Below, piece after piece: positions 51,789-64,000 of a stretch of DNA of 64,000 nucleotides. Location of the stretch: positions 9,239,839-9,303,838 of the forward strand of contig OZ316893.1 in assembly GCA_973895155.1 (NCBI GenBank). Reading direction: 5' to 3'. A program made the position numbers and the translations under genes. The notes beneath the pieces are model-generated. The model did not search any database. It worked only from the letters and a program-made list of their open reading frames with translations, and was not told the DNA's origin. Position 1 is the stretch's first letter. Each line of letters begins with the position of its first letter. Source of the DNA: Marsupella aquatica. Lineage: Eukaryota; Plantae; Marchantiophyta.

Positions 51789-53389
51789 AAGAAGACTGAG
51801 GTTGAAAGTGAGTATTGCTCAGTTCTTTGAGCCTTTCTTGAAATTCTTTCTTTGTATAATTGAGTTCTAAGTTTAGTTTTGTAATAACATGTGCAAGTTC
51901 TTTGTTGATCCTGCAATTGTAAATATTAATTGAAGAACACAATAGAGCAATTTTGGTTCATATCGACCATCAAGTGATGTCAAGCCATGGATGTCATAAC
52001 CATTCAGGCTGGGTATTTGTGGAGGAGTGGAATTGTGGAATTTGCACCTGGATGATATTACTATCTGCACTGATGGGTTTGGGAAAGATTATGTTAAGTG
52101 AGTGCTTAATACATGTCCCACTGTCCATGACAAGACCTGGATCCACCAGGTTTCACAATTTTTAGACCTTTTCTCCTGAAATTGTGGAGCAAGGTCTCAC
52201 CCTAGAGGAGAGAACTGTGAAATGTGAAAAAGTGAGAAGTATTGGACACTTTTCCTTTTATATGGACAGTGGTGGTCTAAGTGATCATGTTATTCAGTTT
52301 CTTGGAGAAATATCAGAGAAATCTGCTTACACTTTTGACTGGTTGTCATGTGGCAGGTTTGAGGCGTATGTGGCTGAGTAAAAACAAGAGCTATAGCATG
52401 GACTATTACAATGAAGAGCAATTTAGGAATGTTTATCAATGCTTACCATAGTTCAGAGAACTTAAAGCCCCCATGGACTGACCCAGTTTTCCATGAAGCC
52501 CTCATGGACAAGCAAAACTTGGATGGACTTGTTTGGATACTATTTTTTACACTTCTATCCAAAAGTACCATGTTAGATTTCCACTTCTATTCAAAGGTAT
52601 CATGTACTGGTCAGATCAGTATTGATTGCAAGCTTTTGTTGTATTCTCTTTAAATATCTTTTTCACTTGAGATAGTTACTCTAACCATTTTTTAAGAGAT
52701 CAATAAAAGGTTTCAAATGTAAGGTATACTTATGTATAATTTGAGTACATTATCTGGCCTTTACGGTAAATAAATTTGTGTAGACTAAGCGCTTCAGATT
52801 TTACTCATAGTGCCTCAAGTAATTTGTTCAATGATCAAAAACAAAATAAACTGAATTTTTCTCAATAATTTTTCTATGTTTATAATAGACTGCAAAAACC
52901 CCGCTGAAGGGAGAATTAAGCAAGCAGCACAATGATCCATGAACCAATGAAACAACTCTCACCAGCAAATCTAGGGGAAAATCTTGATTTTCATGAAACA
53001 TTTTGTTGAGCACAGATGACATTCACAACGGTAAACCCATAATGTTTTTGTTGTGGAGCTCCAAAAAGTCATGTTTAATTAGTAAAGAAAGTTGCTCTTG
53101 TTACAATATTCATTTGGGGTACTTTGCCGCTGCAAATGGTACCAAAGATTTCAAATGCACTACTAAATGACATAAACCTTTGGTCTATTCCATGCAGGTT
53201 TTTATCTCACTTCTAGGTGCGTTCAATCTCCTTATTGTGACGGAAAATATAGGTAAACAATCAATGAGAATATTTATTATCTAGATTCTCTCACGACTAG
53301 GTATAAAGTGCTTAGTCTCCCTGACACTTAGTCCATCCAGGCTTTTTATATTCTAGTTATGAAAATGATTTTGTGATGACAATGACACA

Positions 53390-53792
53390 ATACAAACACC
53401 ATCTGCCATGTATTAAGAAGGCCGAAAAACCAGATTTGTTGAGGGCAAGCTTTAACTAACCCTCTTGGCATGTGTGGTACACTACTACTCAGAAAGTTGG
53501 GAAGGGGGCTCCACAAGGTTGGTTGAAGAATATGAACTTGTTTGTTGGACTGCCCCCTGGGATTTTCACAAATCAAAGTGGGAGAGCAACATTGGTGGCA
53601 CGTATGGCTTCCAAGGGAGTCCTCGATGAGGTAGACATGACCATAACTGGTCATCGCAACACTATAGGGTACAAGAGGTACAATCAAACTCAGATTGAGA
53701 GTAGAGGCTACAATTTTTGTCTCATGTGTCAAGAACATTCCTGGAGGAGGAGCTCGTTGGGAGTCCTCTACATCATTGAAACCCCTGATTGA
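53390..53792 (+). mobile_element. Decayed tyrosine recombinase (DUF3504/Crypton-like), C-terminal catalytic region
   Basis: WYTTTQKVGKG..WLKNM..VGLP...TNQSGRAT....ASKGV..VDMTITGHRN..GYKRY matches the pattern WY..G...M..AGL..TNHSxRAT...GV...M..TGHRS.....Y. HxxR His is changed to Gln and the upstream region is broken by stops. Confidence 0.72.
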
Positions 53793-53991
53793 TAGATTCA
53801 ATGACAAATCCAACTTGCAGTTGGCATTTATAAATCGAGTAAAGGTAAGTTACAGAATTGCAATTAGTCAATTCTAGTTGGCTTTGAGTTTAATTTGTCC
53901 CCGTCTCTTTTTATTGCCATTAGTAACTCATAATGAGAAAATGTGGTGTGAGGTTTAGCGTCAAGTGTGATGACCAGTTTGACTCGTATTT

Positions 53992-54335
53992 TGTTGAGCA
54001 TAGACGACAATCGCAACGGCAAGCCCATGAACCATCCAAAACACAAGAGTCGACATAGAGAGATACGTGGTTCACCTTCACATGAGGCTACGTCCACAAG
54101 AACACACATGAGCTTTACTGCACTCTAGGCCGACCCGTCATACCAATCATCCACAACGCAAGCTCTCTCTATCTCTCAACTAGCTCCGTAACATGAGCCT
54201 GAGTTCCCACTCTCCAAGCAAACACTGCTTGGTTATAGATTGTGCACAACATGACTAATCTAACCAATTCTGCGACTAAGGTTAGCCTTAACTACGGTAC
54301 AGTCGTTACTCTAGACCTAAGAGTAAATCCTAACA
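53992..54335 (-). mobile_element. Solo LTR (family A)
   Basis: Reverse complement of 8828-9172, TG...CA termini, TSD tattt at 53987-53991 and 54336-54340. Confidence 0.93.
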
Positions 54336-54688
54336 TATTTGACTTCACATCTGCCTGATCTGTTAGGAGAGCAAATTTTCAAAAGATCCAGGCAATCCTT
54401 TATAGAAAAATGTGCGAATCATTTAAAGGGCCTAACATTTTAGTAAAAACTAGCCTCACAAGGTACTAGTTTCACAATTGTTTGGTCACAATCCAGAGTG
54501 TGCAGCCAACTAAGGAGGAGGAGAAGGAGGATAAGGAAAATGTGGCATGATTATGAATTTAGATTTGGTAATTATTTGTTAGATTGGATCTTGGGAGTCT
54601 CACTATGTGGAGCACCCACACCACCTACAACATTTTTAGTTCAAGTACACCCTAAAACTCAAGAAAAAAGTTTTAAATCATTTTACCC

Positions 54689-55227
54689 CTATTAATCTTT
54701 GGGGGTTTCACTTCCACAAAAATGACATATCACGTGCGACGAAGGATAGGGTTGTTTTATTGGTTCTAAGGGAAGACTTAAGAATTTTTGCAGATAAACA
54801 ATAGGGTCTTTTAAATACAATTTTGAGACTTGTAAGGACATTAGAGTCTTTTTAATTCAATTTTTTGGAAATATTCCAAGAATATTCCAACTTTATAGGG
54901 GTTAAAAAACTTTTTTTTTACATTTTAGGGGGTCTGAGGCCTAAAACGTCGCAGGCGATGGGGAGGTCCCCATATAGTGAGACCCCCTAGTATTAATCTG
55001 GAATATTATTGGAATATACAAAGGATTGGTTTAAGACCCTATCTGTCCAATAACAAAAAAACAAAAAAGTCCTATCTTTCCTTGTAAGTCTCAAAATTGT
55101 ATTTTAAAAACCTAAGTTCTGAAAGAAATTGTCGCAAGTATTCCCTTAAACCCCATAATATGACCTTATCCTTCATCGCATGTGATGTGTCATTTTCACA
55201 AAAGTGAAATCCCCAAGGATTGGATAG
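54689..55227. mobile_element. MITE/foldback-like element with ~150-bp diverged TIRs
   Basis: ctttgggggtttcactt..aaaatgacatatcacgtgcgacgaaggata..aatacaattttgagactt versus aagtctcaaaattgtatt..tatccttcatcgcatgtgatgtgtcatttt..aagtgaaatccccaagg. No clean TSD. Confidence 0.75.
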
Positions 55228-57238
55228 TTTTAGGAGTAGAGATCATGAATCTGTCTACATTTTCTCTCAATTATAAGCGACTAGACAGATCAATCATGCA
55301 TGCAATGTGACTTACATTGTAAATGGATGCTTTGGTCACCTACAAATAAAGTGGAATTTCTTCAAAAAATGTTAGCGTTAATTGTACATAAGTCTTGCAA
55401 AATATGTCATGCATATCCACGGTTAACATGATACCTATTCCATGCTGAGTTGATGAAGGTGTTAAGAAGCTACTAAGTTCTTATTTGATGTTCAATATAA
55501 AAGAACAGGGTAAGTGGAGGATTGATGCCACCTACTTCCGTGTGCTGGCACCAATTTCCATGCGATACTTCCATTCGCTGGCTGAACATTTATAAATGGA
55601 ATGAACTCCCTCGGTAGTCCACACATAAACTTGTTGTGTCAGGAAGCAAAACCATGGTGTCAAGAGGCAAAATTACAAACAGATTGCATAAACCAGTTGT
55701 GTCAGGAAGCTACATCATCACATTACAAGAGAGATTTCCATGTGTTGGATTTGGGCATTGGTAATGCATTTTAATCACTTGTGATGATAATGACTAAAAA
55801 CAAGTAGTCATGCACAAATGATTGAATGCCCTAATTATGGACTGGCCAATTTTTACTGATTATTTTTGGTAATTGGACATATGAAATGACTATATAAATT
55901 ACTTTAATCTTAGTAAGAAATACACAATTGGTACTTGTGAGCTGGTAACTTGATTTGTTGATGACAACTGTGAGTGGGGACAAAGGTTTGGCCCTAGCCC
56001 CCACCCTAGGCCTAGAGAACACAAAGCCAGTTGGGGGAGAATAGAGTGCCCATGGAGAAACTCTTAGTTCCAGCTTCCAGATAACTATTTTTACTAACTT
56101 GTCCCCCAAACTATCCTATGTTACTAAAGTGCCACTCAAAAAAATTTAATTATCGACCTGTTCCCCATTTCATATTTGGGCCAGTATTAACTTGTATACT
56201 AGTTCCGGTTGTCATGTGCAAGTCACTATTGGCTAGCCTCAACCCACTGCCATCCCCCTCGGCCCCCCTTCCCCATCCAGCTGCATTTTCAAGGCTAAAA
56301 GTGTTGGGTTTTGGTGAGGGGAGTGTGGAGCAAAAAACACCCAATATCTGCCCCTCTTGGACCTGCAACTGTGCCTTGCTTCCGGGAAGAGGGGCCAGAG
56401 CAGTGGCAGCAGGTTAAGGCTGGCCAATATTTATGAGTTGTCATATGGCAACAAGAACCCATATATAAGTTAATACTGAACCACATACAAAATGGGGGAC
56501 TAGCTTGGGGATGAGATGAGAATTAATTGTTTGGAGAGCACATTAATAATATGGGGTATTTTAGGGGACAGGTTAATCACTCTATTCATTAAAAGTGTAT
56601 TTTATTCGCATCTAGGCCTCTACATGTACACTTTTTAACACCAAATTGTACATATATTATAGTGCAATACTCTACACCTAAATGGTCCATTGTAAACTTG
56701 AGGGTGCAAAAAATATTTTACTAGAAGTATTTGAGTCCTAGTTTATTTACAAATGATGAACATGGTGGTATGTGTAATGGCCATGACATTTGTTTTTTGT
56801 CAAAATATACACTTTTTGAAAGCCAAAAATACACTTTATATTTTATTGCCCAAATGTTTATAAATTGAATTCACTTTTAATGAATGGGTTGATGTTAGTA
56901 AATGTATTAATTTTCCAGAGAATAATTGCTTTCAATCCCGCTTGCAATCTAACTTTCAAAATTGAGTTGTGACTGCCCGTGCTTTGCTCATCAAGATCCT
57001 TAGGTACCCCTATCAAATCTGCCCAGAAAACACAATTTATTAAGTTCAAAAGATCAAGAGATATACTCTTGAAAAAGTCTTATTTAATATGAAAAAGTAT
57101 ATCTCCACATGAAAAAGTCTTGTTTAATAGACCTCATGAGTGATGGTCTTTTAATTTTTAATTTTTTACAATTGATTTTCCTTAAATCAGAGCCTTGATG
57201 TACCTTTAATCCACGTACCTTAAAACCTCATGGGGTCC

Positions 57239-57331
57239 ATCAAATAACACTTTTCAATTTAGGGGTCATCATGTATATCAAATAACACTTTTCAATTTAG
57301 GGGTCATGATGTATATCAAATAAAACTTTTC
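57239..57331. repeat. Tandem repeat, 38-bp unit, ~2.4 copies
   Basis: atcaaataacacttttcaatttaggggtcat(c/g)atgtat repeated. Confidence 0.9.
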
Positions 57332-58839
57332 CTTTTGAGGTCCCTCACATATATCTCTTTGAAACTATCACAGGAAATACACTCCACGATTCATTCCATT
57401 ACAATCAGAGAAAATCCTACCGATTTGATCGCCCACCACATAGATTCTTCTAAAACGCGGAGCCCTGCATATATACAGTGAGAGCGCGGATCCCTGCAAA
57501 AGTGAAAATTTAAAGTGCACTGTAAAGTGCGACGGTGGCGATTTCACCCACTGCACTTCATATATAGCAACGCGGATCCTGCAAAGCGGACTTTTTCTTG
57601 TGGTATTATTAAAAGCACGTGGCGAATACATCCACTTCCGTAGGTTCTATTATTATACAGTATCCAACGCGGTCCCTGACTGATTGATTCCCGCGGACTG
57701 GGTTGGGAGGAAGGCACGCCCACAAAAAGCGACACGGAACTGGAAAGGAGGAGGGCCTACAAAACAGAGCTCTGTAGTCTGTACAGTGTCCTCCTCCGTC
57801 TAGTACTCTAGTAGACTAGATGCATTCGTGGTGTAATGAGTTTGTTGTTTCGTATTGATTGATGGATTGATTGACGAGCGACCTTCCTGTGCCGCTGCTT
57901 GTGTAGTACTAGTGTAGTGTAGTATAGTATAGTAGTGTAGTGAGGTGGGGTGGAGTGGAGCGGCTGGGTGACCCCACCCACGAACACATTGCTGGGCTCC
58001 GGATTGAGAGGCATGTGGGTGTCTGGCTTGGTGTGCTGTGGATTTGTACAGAGGATCAGGAAATTCTATGCTTCAGAGTCGTGCTGTCTGTCTTGGGACC
58101 AGACCCCTGGCTGAGTAAGTGGCTGAGTGGGCTCTGGCCGGCTGGGCTTGTTCGCTTCCTTGCTTCCGTTGAGCAGAGCAGAACTGGCTATTAAGTGATG
58201 CTCGGGATGCTGGTGGAAGCGTTGTTTTACTGTCTCTTCTTCATCTTCTACTTCTTTGGCGCCATCGGAGCATGGAAGTGTCTTCGGGGACGCCGTCGAT
58301 TCCGTCGCTGCAAACTGGAGTTGGCTTCGTAGAAAGTATTGCGCAGTTGATGAGCATAGCCCGTTGCAGTCTATGCATTGAGGTCTACAAGGCCCAACCA
58401 ATGGGAGGGGTGCTCTGCCGGTGAAGATCAGGAGTAATCTGAACTGGGGCCAGAGTACATGCACTTCGGCAGTCTTTTGTAGTGAATTTTGAATGGATGG
58501 CTGCAGGTTTATTGTTTAGGTCATCCGTTTTGTGGACACCACCGTTCGGATGTGTGATGTGCGATCTTGGCCGTTTCTCCCTGCTATTGTCTTTCAGTAT
58601 TTCTCAATTGTGAGCGCAGTGTAGTTTTTGGCAAGGTTAAGGGACCAAGGTGCATTTGCTTCATCCCCTAGTGTGTGCGCTGATCCTTTGACAATTGGGT
58701 TCAACCTTAATTTCCTTCTCAAGTGTGGCGAATGGAACATGCAATGCACGGAAGTCGAAGGTGAATAGGGTAAAGCTCAGAAGAATGGTTGTGCCATTAT
58801 AGAAATAGACCGTGTGGCTGCTTCACAGAGCCGGTGGCA

Positions 58840-59805
58840 ATGGGTGGAGCTTTGGCAATGGCAGCATCTCTGCTGATGTTCCAATGGTGGACATTCTGTG
58901 GATCAGTTCTGCGTTCCCTGCTGCTCGTTACCCGTGTTTGGATGGGTGGTAAGAAGCAGCAAGAAGATACCGGAAACGGCAGCATGGAAGAAGAGGATAG
59001 CTCTGCGATTTATGAAGGTGTGGTTTGGCATGAGAGAAGGCATCCTATTCACCACCAGTTCGAGTATAAAGTCAGATATGCTTTTGTGAATTTGGACAAA
59101 GTGCCTTCATGGTTTACTGCTTCTGCTCATCACCATATGACAGCAGGGCTGGTACGGTCCATTGCAGGGACCTCGGGCTCTGTATATTTGCTATGCATGC
59201 CTCAAAGCGTTGGCTATGAGCAAAACCCCATTAGTGTATACTACTGTTACGATGGGGATGCAGGAGGGGCTCATGGATCTTCAACTCTGTCTAAAACAAT
59301 TGCGGAGGTGACGAATACTCCTTGGGGGGAGAGGGTTACTTTTACGTTTGATTCAGAAGAGGATGGCGTTCCCAAACCTCTCCACGTCAGCCCGTTCATG
59401 GATATGGAAGGAACTTGGCGAATTTACGCACCTGCGCCGGGGGAAAAACTTTATTTGACGGTTGGGGTCGAGCATCCTGATTATGGCAATTATTTTTTAG
59501 CCACATTGAGAGCATGGAAAGTGGACCCAGGTGAAAGTCCCGAATGGTTTTTGTGGCTGATGCCGCACAAGGTCGCTGTTTGGATCTATTGGCAGGCTCT
59601 GGTTCTCATGTGGAAGGGCGTAGCATTTGTACAGCATCCTAAATACATCGATGGAGACCTTTACAGAGCCCGTGCACAAGACCGAGATGAAAAATTGAAG
59701 GTCAAAATGGTAGCAGGGGAAGAAGCTGCTAGTAATGGGACTGCAAGAGTTTTGTGCCCTCGGCTATGCAAATGGCACAATGCTGGTGGATACCCATGGT
59801 TGTAG
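58840..59805 (+). CDS. DUF1365 family protein, single coding exon
   Basis: IYEGVVWHERRHPIHHQFEY, GYEQNPISVYYCY, AEVTNTPWGER, KPLHVSPFMDM and IYWQAL are DUF1365 motifs. First ATG at 58840, after a candidate acceptor ttcacag. Confidence 0.9.
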   Translation: MGGALAMAASLLMFQWWTFCGSVLRSLLLVTRVWMGGKKQQEDTGNGSMEEEDSSAIYEGVVWHERRHPIHHQFEYKVRYAFVNLDKVPSWFTASAHHHMTAGLVRSIAGTSGSVYLLCMPQSVGYEQNPISVYYCYDGDAGGAHGSSTLSKTIAEVTNTPWGERVTFTFDSEEDGVPKPLHVSPFMDMEGTWRIYAPAPGEKLYLTVGVEHPDYGNYFLATLRAWKVDPGESPEWFLWLMPHKVAVWIYWQALVLMWKGVAFVQHPKYIDGDLYRARAQDRDEKLKVKMVAGEEAASNGTARVLCPRLCKWHNAGGYPWL

Positions 59806-62409
59806 GCGCTGTTGTTGATAATAATTTTGAAGGTATTTTGAAGGGAAGGCTTAGTTCAATGGAATCCCCTTTTTATTCGAATTTCATTCGAAAACACACC
59901 ACTCATTTGATAGGACAGCACCAGATCTGCTTTGGGTGAAGGATGCAAAGCAGACCTGAATTCTGGCGCTGCTTTACAACCATGTTCCACATTTATGTAG
60001 GTCTTCGTCTGAGAGTTAATTAGTTCTAATTTTTCTATCTATTCGGAAACACGTCAATTTACACGTACCTAAGTCGTCGGGTCATATGGATGCTTGGTTT
60101 TGCTCGTGACCGTAATCCGAAAGGGGATCCAGTTCTTTGTTTGTAATATATTGATGATTCACTCTACTTAAAAGACAATACCAGCAAAACTGGTCAACCA
60201 GGTTGCTAGACGTGGCGTTTCCGGTAGACATTGCAAATTGGGCGAACATTGAGGACGTTCGTAGCATAGTCGGAAGGAGAGTTTGATATCAGGGAAGGAG
60301 GAGGATGCATGGATAGTGAGCAGGTAAAATAGGAAGCTAGTCCATAGTTTCTCTCCGCCCAAGGACACCGATGAGGAGGAGCACCTGCAGTGCAAAAGAG
60401 TAATCATGGCAGTGCAAGGTCGCTGGAATCTCCAAGGTTCTCCCACTCAAACTCTACGTAGAAAGAAACAACATCAGCAGGAACGGGAGATTGGTGCCAC
60501 ATTTTTGAAGGAAATGTTGCTCATTGTGGAATCCAACTAGTCCTTCTGCATATGTAAATTTGTCTTGACGACGAATATTACCTGTAATGAAAGCGTAACC
60601 AACCCCGATTCATGCATACGGACTACCAAGTATAGCTTTACTTTATGGCAGTCTAAGGCTTGCGCACCTGTTTCACATGTTCAGAAGAGTAACTTTTTCA
60701 GTCACCTACAGCTTCTTCTTTAGTATCTCGATCTCGATGGACCCATATGCAGGATTGAAGTCGATTTTTTGCATGGTAGGTATATCTGCTTTCGTATATG
60801 GTTCAAGGCAGCTGGGGCACGGCAATTTGATCCCTAATAGAATGGTACGCGTGCAGGTTGCTTTTAACTGCAGGGTGTCATTTCTCTCTCTCTCAACTGT
60901 AAATCTGGTGGTTCGATCATGTTCCTATTTCAATGGTTGGTCCTATATTATCAAGAAAAATCAGTCCTTGTATGGATCCAATGTCACACATGGTAAGTGC
61001 GAAACCAAAAGGTCAAATCGAATGTGCTTCTTGAAGTGAACGGTTGGGCAACCACGAAGCACATTGTTGTACTTCTGAAGTGCAACAAACAGCTACTGCA
61101 TGACTGAAGCTGCAAAACTCGGAGCTGCAAAGGGCTTTTACGCAAAACAGATCACCATGGAGTCGATTTTAGTCTAGATGATTCAATTTTTAAGGTTAAA
61201 GAAATTCAAAGTGTATATTCGAAACAATCATCTAAACATACACCGAATCTATACTAGGGAATTGATGTGAATAAGGTAAAACTCTTGCTTTGTAACATAC
61301 CAATCAGATCTTGCCAGCCGCTCGCACAAAGGGATTTTGAGCGGATCATTGTTTAGAAATGAACATTGCTCTCAAAAAGTAGCCACTGATTGGGATTATA
61401 AACTCAGTTGTGTCCCATTTCATGACTACTTTGTAGTAAACAAGTCCACGCATGGAAGATATGAAAGAGGTAGCAGTTTCACCGATGCTCAGATACTGTT
61501 GGAAATGCATGAAAGTCATGCTATACATATTTTGATCATGTTACTGAATGATCAACTATGGACCTCCGCTCTAATGCTGTAGATTCGCCTGTATGTTAAG
61601 GTCAGATCATTCATAATTCATCCTCTCATGGCTTGTGCATTTCGCAATCTAACCCATATTATTCACATCAGATATCAGATACCAATATACATATTCAGAG
61701 GGGAATCTCCAAGGGATTTAGGAAAGTATGTGACTCCATACTTGGAGAAGGTTAAAGCCAACCTCAATAATCATCAGTTGCATTGCTATTTGGTCAATGG
61801 TTGTTGAGTTGTTCGGGGCCAAACTGTGGATTTACGAGTCTCAGGAACTATTTTTGGAAGCACTGTACACTCTAATCTTTTCAGCCTGGTTTGCAGTGTA
61901 TTGCAGCATGTATTTAGAAACATTTCAGCATGTTTGCAGTGCATTAATGATATGGATAAAAGGACTTGTTTTTCATTTCAATATACCATCCAGCTATGAA
62001 CTAAATTTATTCCAACTTACCATAAAATCACTCCGTATATCGTACATCGAATAAAAATGTCTCATTCATTCCAGAGAGAAGAGAGTGATAACCGCGTTCT
62101 TTCATGCTACTAAGTTTGTTATGGTCTATGTTCGGTTACAGTGTTTCGTTCGATTAGGCTATTTGCAGTGGTGAGAGTATGGGGTTTCACTTGAGACTTT
62201 TCCCTTGTCAAAGAAAATTCTCCCCGATTTGGGACTTGCATTTTTCCGAAGTGGCATCATCAGGATGCCAACGTTAAGTCCTGATGCCAACTTTAAGTCT
62301 AGGCTATTCTTGGCTACCAATTCAATCGGAAGAGCAAATAAAAAATCTCAGACTGGTTGGGCTCGGTCTGACGAATTCGAGCATACAATCGATGTAGTAG
62401 GTGATAGCA

Positions 62410-63770
62410 ATGTTTCCCGGGCGAGTGACAATCGAGATAGAAGAAGCCAAAGAGGAATTAGCAGTGCTCTTGACGAGATTGGACGAAAAGACCGCTCAAG
62501 AAAAAGATCTAGGGAGGGAAATCGATAGTGCAACGCATGAGCTGAACGCAGTGAAGTTGCACTATGAAGAGCAGAAGACCGCTCACCAAGAAGCACTCGA
62601 GAAAATCCGGTTCCTGAGACTGCCGGATGCCGATACTTTCAGTGAGACTTTCAGAGGGGATATTACGTTCGTCATCCAGGCGAGCATCCCCAGAGTTATA
62701 CATGCTCATCGTTTGATATTGGTGAGCGTCACGACCGTCGTTGGGTTGTGTAGAGTTCATGGAATGAGTACCTAAAATAACCTTGGAAACTTAAAACTAA
62801 CCTTGGAAAAAAGCAAACCAATCAATGAAAATCAATGAATGGATGGATGGTTCTTAAAATCAAGTCACTTATACGGAGGCACCGTTTTCCATATTTGGTC
62901 GCTCTGTCCTCTAGTTTATATTTTTAATTTACTTCAGTTGTCTATGCGTCAGAACAATCGTCTTGCAACTTTTAAGCTTCATTTTTCTTGGAATCAACCA
63001 GCAAGTTAGAGTGGATCATGACACTGCCAACTTCCAACAGTGCTTCATGTTATGTAGTTTTGGTTCAACATGTGTGAGCTAAGTTCCAGCCAAACTCGTC
63101 AAGGTCACACATGTACATTGACTACCTCATCAAATTCATAAATTCGTTGTTGCTGTAGGTCCTTTTTTGCAGAGTGGATTCGCTACGTACCTAGTTACCG
63201 GAAAAACTTTTCAATTCAATTGACTTGGGACGAAACTGTTTGTACCTTGTATCTAACTATTCATTTGGCTTTAGACCCAAAATCGACATAGACAACTAGA
63301 TCGAATTAATCAATGAGGGGGGTTAAAAATTCTATACTACTATTAACTCAGTACGAGATGGCACGACCCTGAACTTTACGATTTTCCAGGCCGGCCGATC
63401 GTCGGTGTTCAGCAGAATGTTCGAAGCGGGAATGTTGGAGGAGAAAACTGGACGAATAAAGATCACTGATGCGTCGTATTCTACGATGAGGGCGGTTGTC
63501 AACTTCTGCTACACAGCGGATATCATCTTTGGCGGCGATGTGCATCCGGAGGAGGTACTAAAAGTAGCGCACAAATATGACATCGCTCCACTGAGAAAGC
63601 TGTGTGACCAGGAGCTTTCCAATCGAGTCACCGCTGAAAGCCTGCCCGCGATGCTAAGACTGTCTCGAACTTACGAAGCGCCCAGTCTTCAGCGAGCGGC
63701 TATGGCTTACTTCAAAGAGCACTTTGACACTGTCCACGAGATCGTTCTTGAGAACTTGCTCCCGAACTGA
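62410..63770 (+). CDS. BTB/POZ domain protein with N-terminal coiled coil
   Basis: Exon 62410-62721 (coiled coil, then GDITFV...IHAHRLIL|gtgag) joins exon 63390-63770 (AGRSSVFSRMFEAGM..EKTGRIKITD..FCYTADI..VAHKYDI..LRKLC). Start codon uncertain. Confidence 0.88.
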
Positions 63771-63778
63771 CAAACGTA

Positions 63779-63939
63779 AACGCAAATTCTAAACCTTCAA
63801 AGAATTCCTATTGTAAACCAGTGCCGCTGTCACAGTTTTCCCCACCAAATCCTCCAGTGAACGCAAACTCTAAACCTTCAAAGAATTCCTATTGTAGACC
63901 AATGCTGCTGTCCCTTCCCACCAAATCCTCAAGTGAACG
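63779..63939. repeat. Imperfect tandem duplication (~81 bp) in the BTB gene 3' region
   Basis: aacgcaaa.tctaaaccttcaaagaattcctattgta.acca.tgc.gctgtc...cccaccaaatcctc.agtgaacg x2. Confidence 0.9.
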
Positions 63940-64000
63940 AGGGCTGTACAAAATTAGTATCAGGATTTATATTGCCTTTCAACTCTGGTGTAGCCAATGA

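Noticed and set aside
60082-60446. Minus-strand exon-like fragment downstream of the DUF1365 gene
   Set aside because: Splice-like signals are present but every frame is interrupted or unrecognisable; I cannot support a call.

Overview
Eukaryotic land-plant nuclear DNA with intron-rich genes; gene content and style suggest a non-seed plant such as a liverwort (inference). Intact or probably intact genes: 3' part of an LRR receptor-like kinase (+), an NPF/PTR transporter (-), a PHO1-family SPX-EXS protein (-), the RNA polymerase III repressor MAF1 (-), a DUF1365 protein (+) and a BTB/POZ protein (+). Decayed material: a frameshifted PMEI-PME pseudogene, a heavily decayed LRR-RLK, a Mutator-like long-TIR element with a nested solo LTR, three further solo LTRs, a MITE-like foldback, a DUF3504/Crypton-type tyrosine recombinase relic and many small tandem duplications. 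The standout is in the longest MAF1 intron. A complete 79-nt cloverleaf with a long variable arm (48381-48459, sense to MAF1) has an extended acceptor stem that pairs over the polypyrimidine tract of a 95-nt stop-containing cassette exon (48276-48370). A hairpin and a second degenerate copy of the variable and T arms lie just upstream. This looks like a tRNA-mimic/poison-exon feedback switch on the Pol III repressor, analogous to the 5S rRNA mimic in plant TFIIIA. All coordinates and folds were derived by hand; no database search or folding program was run.
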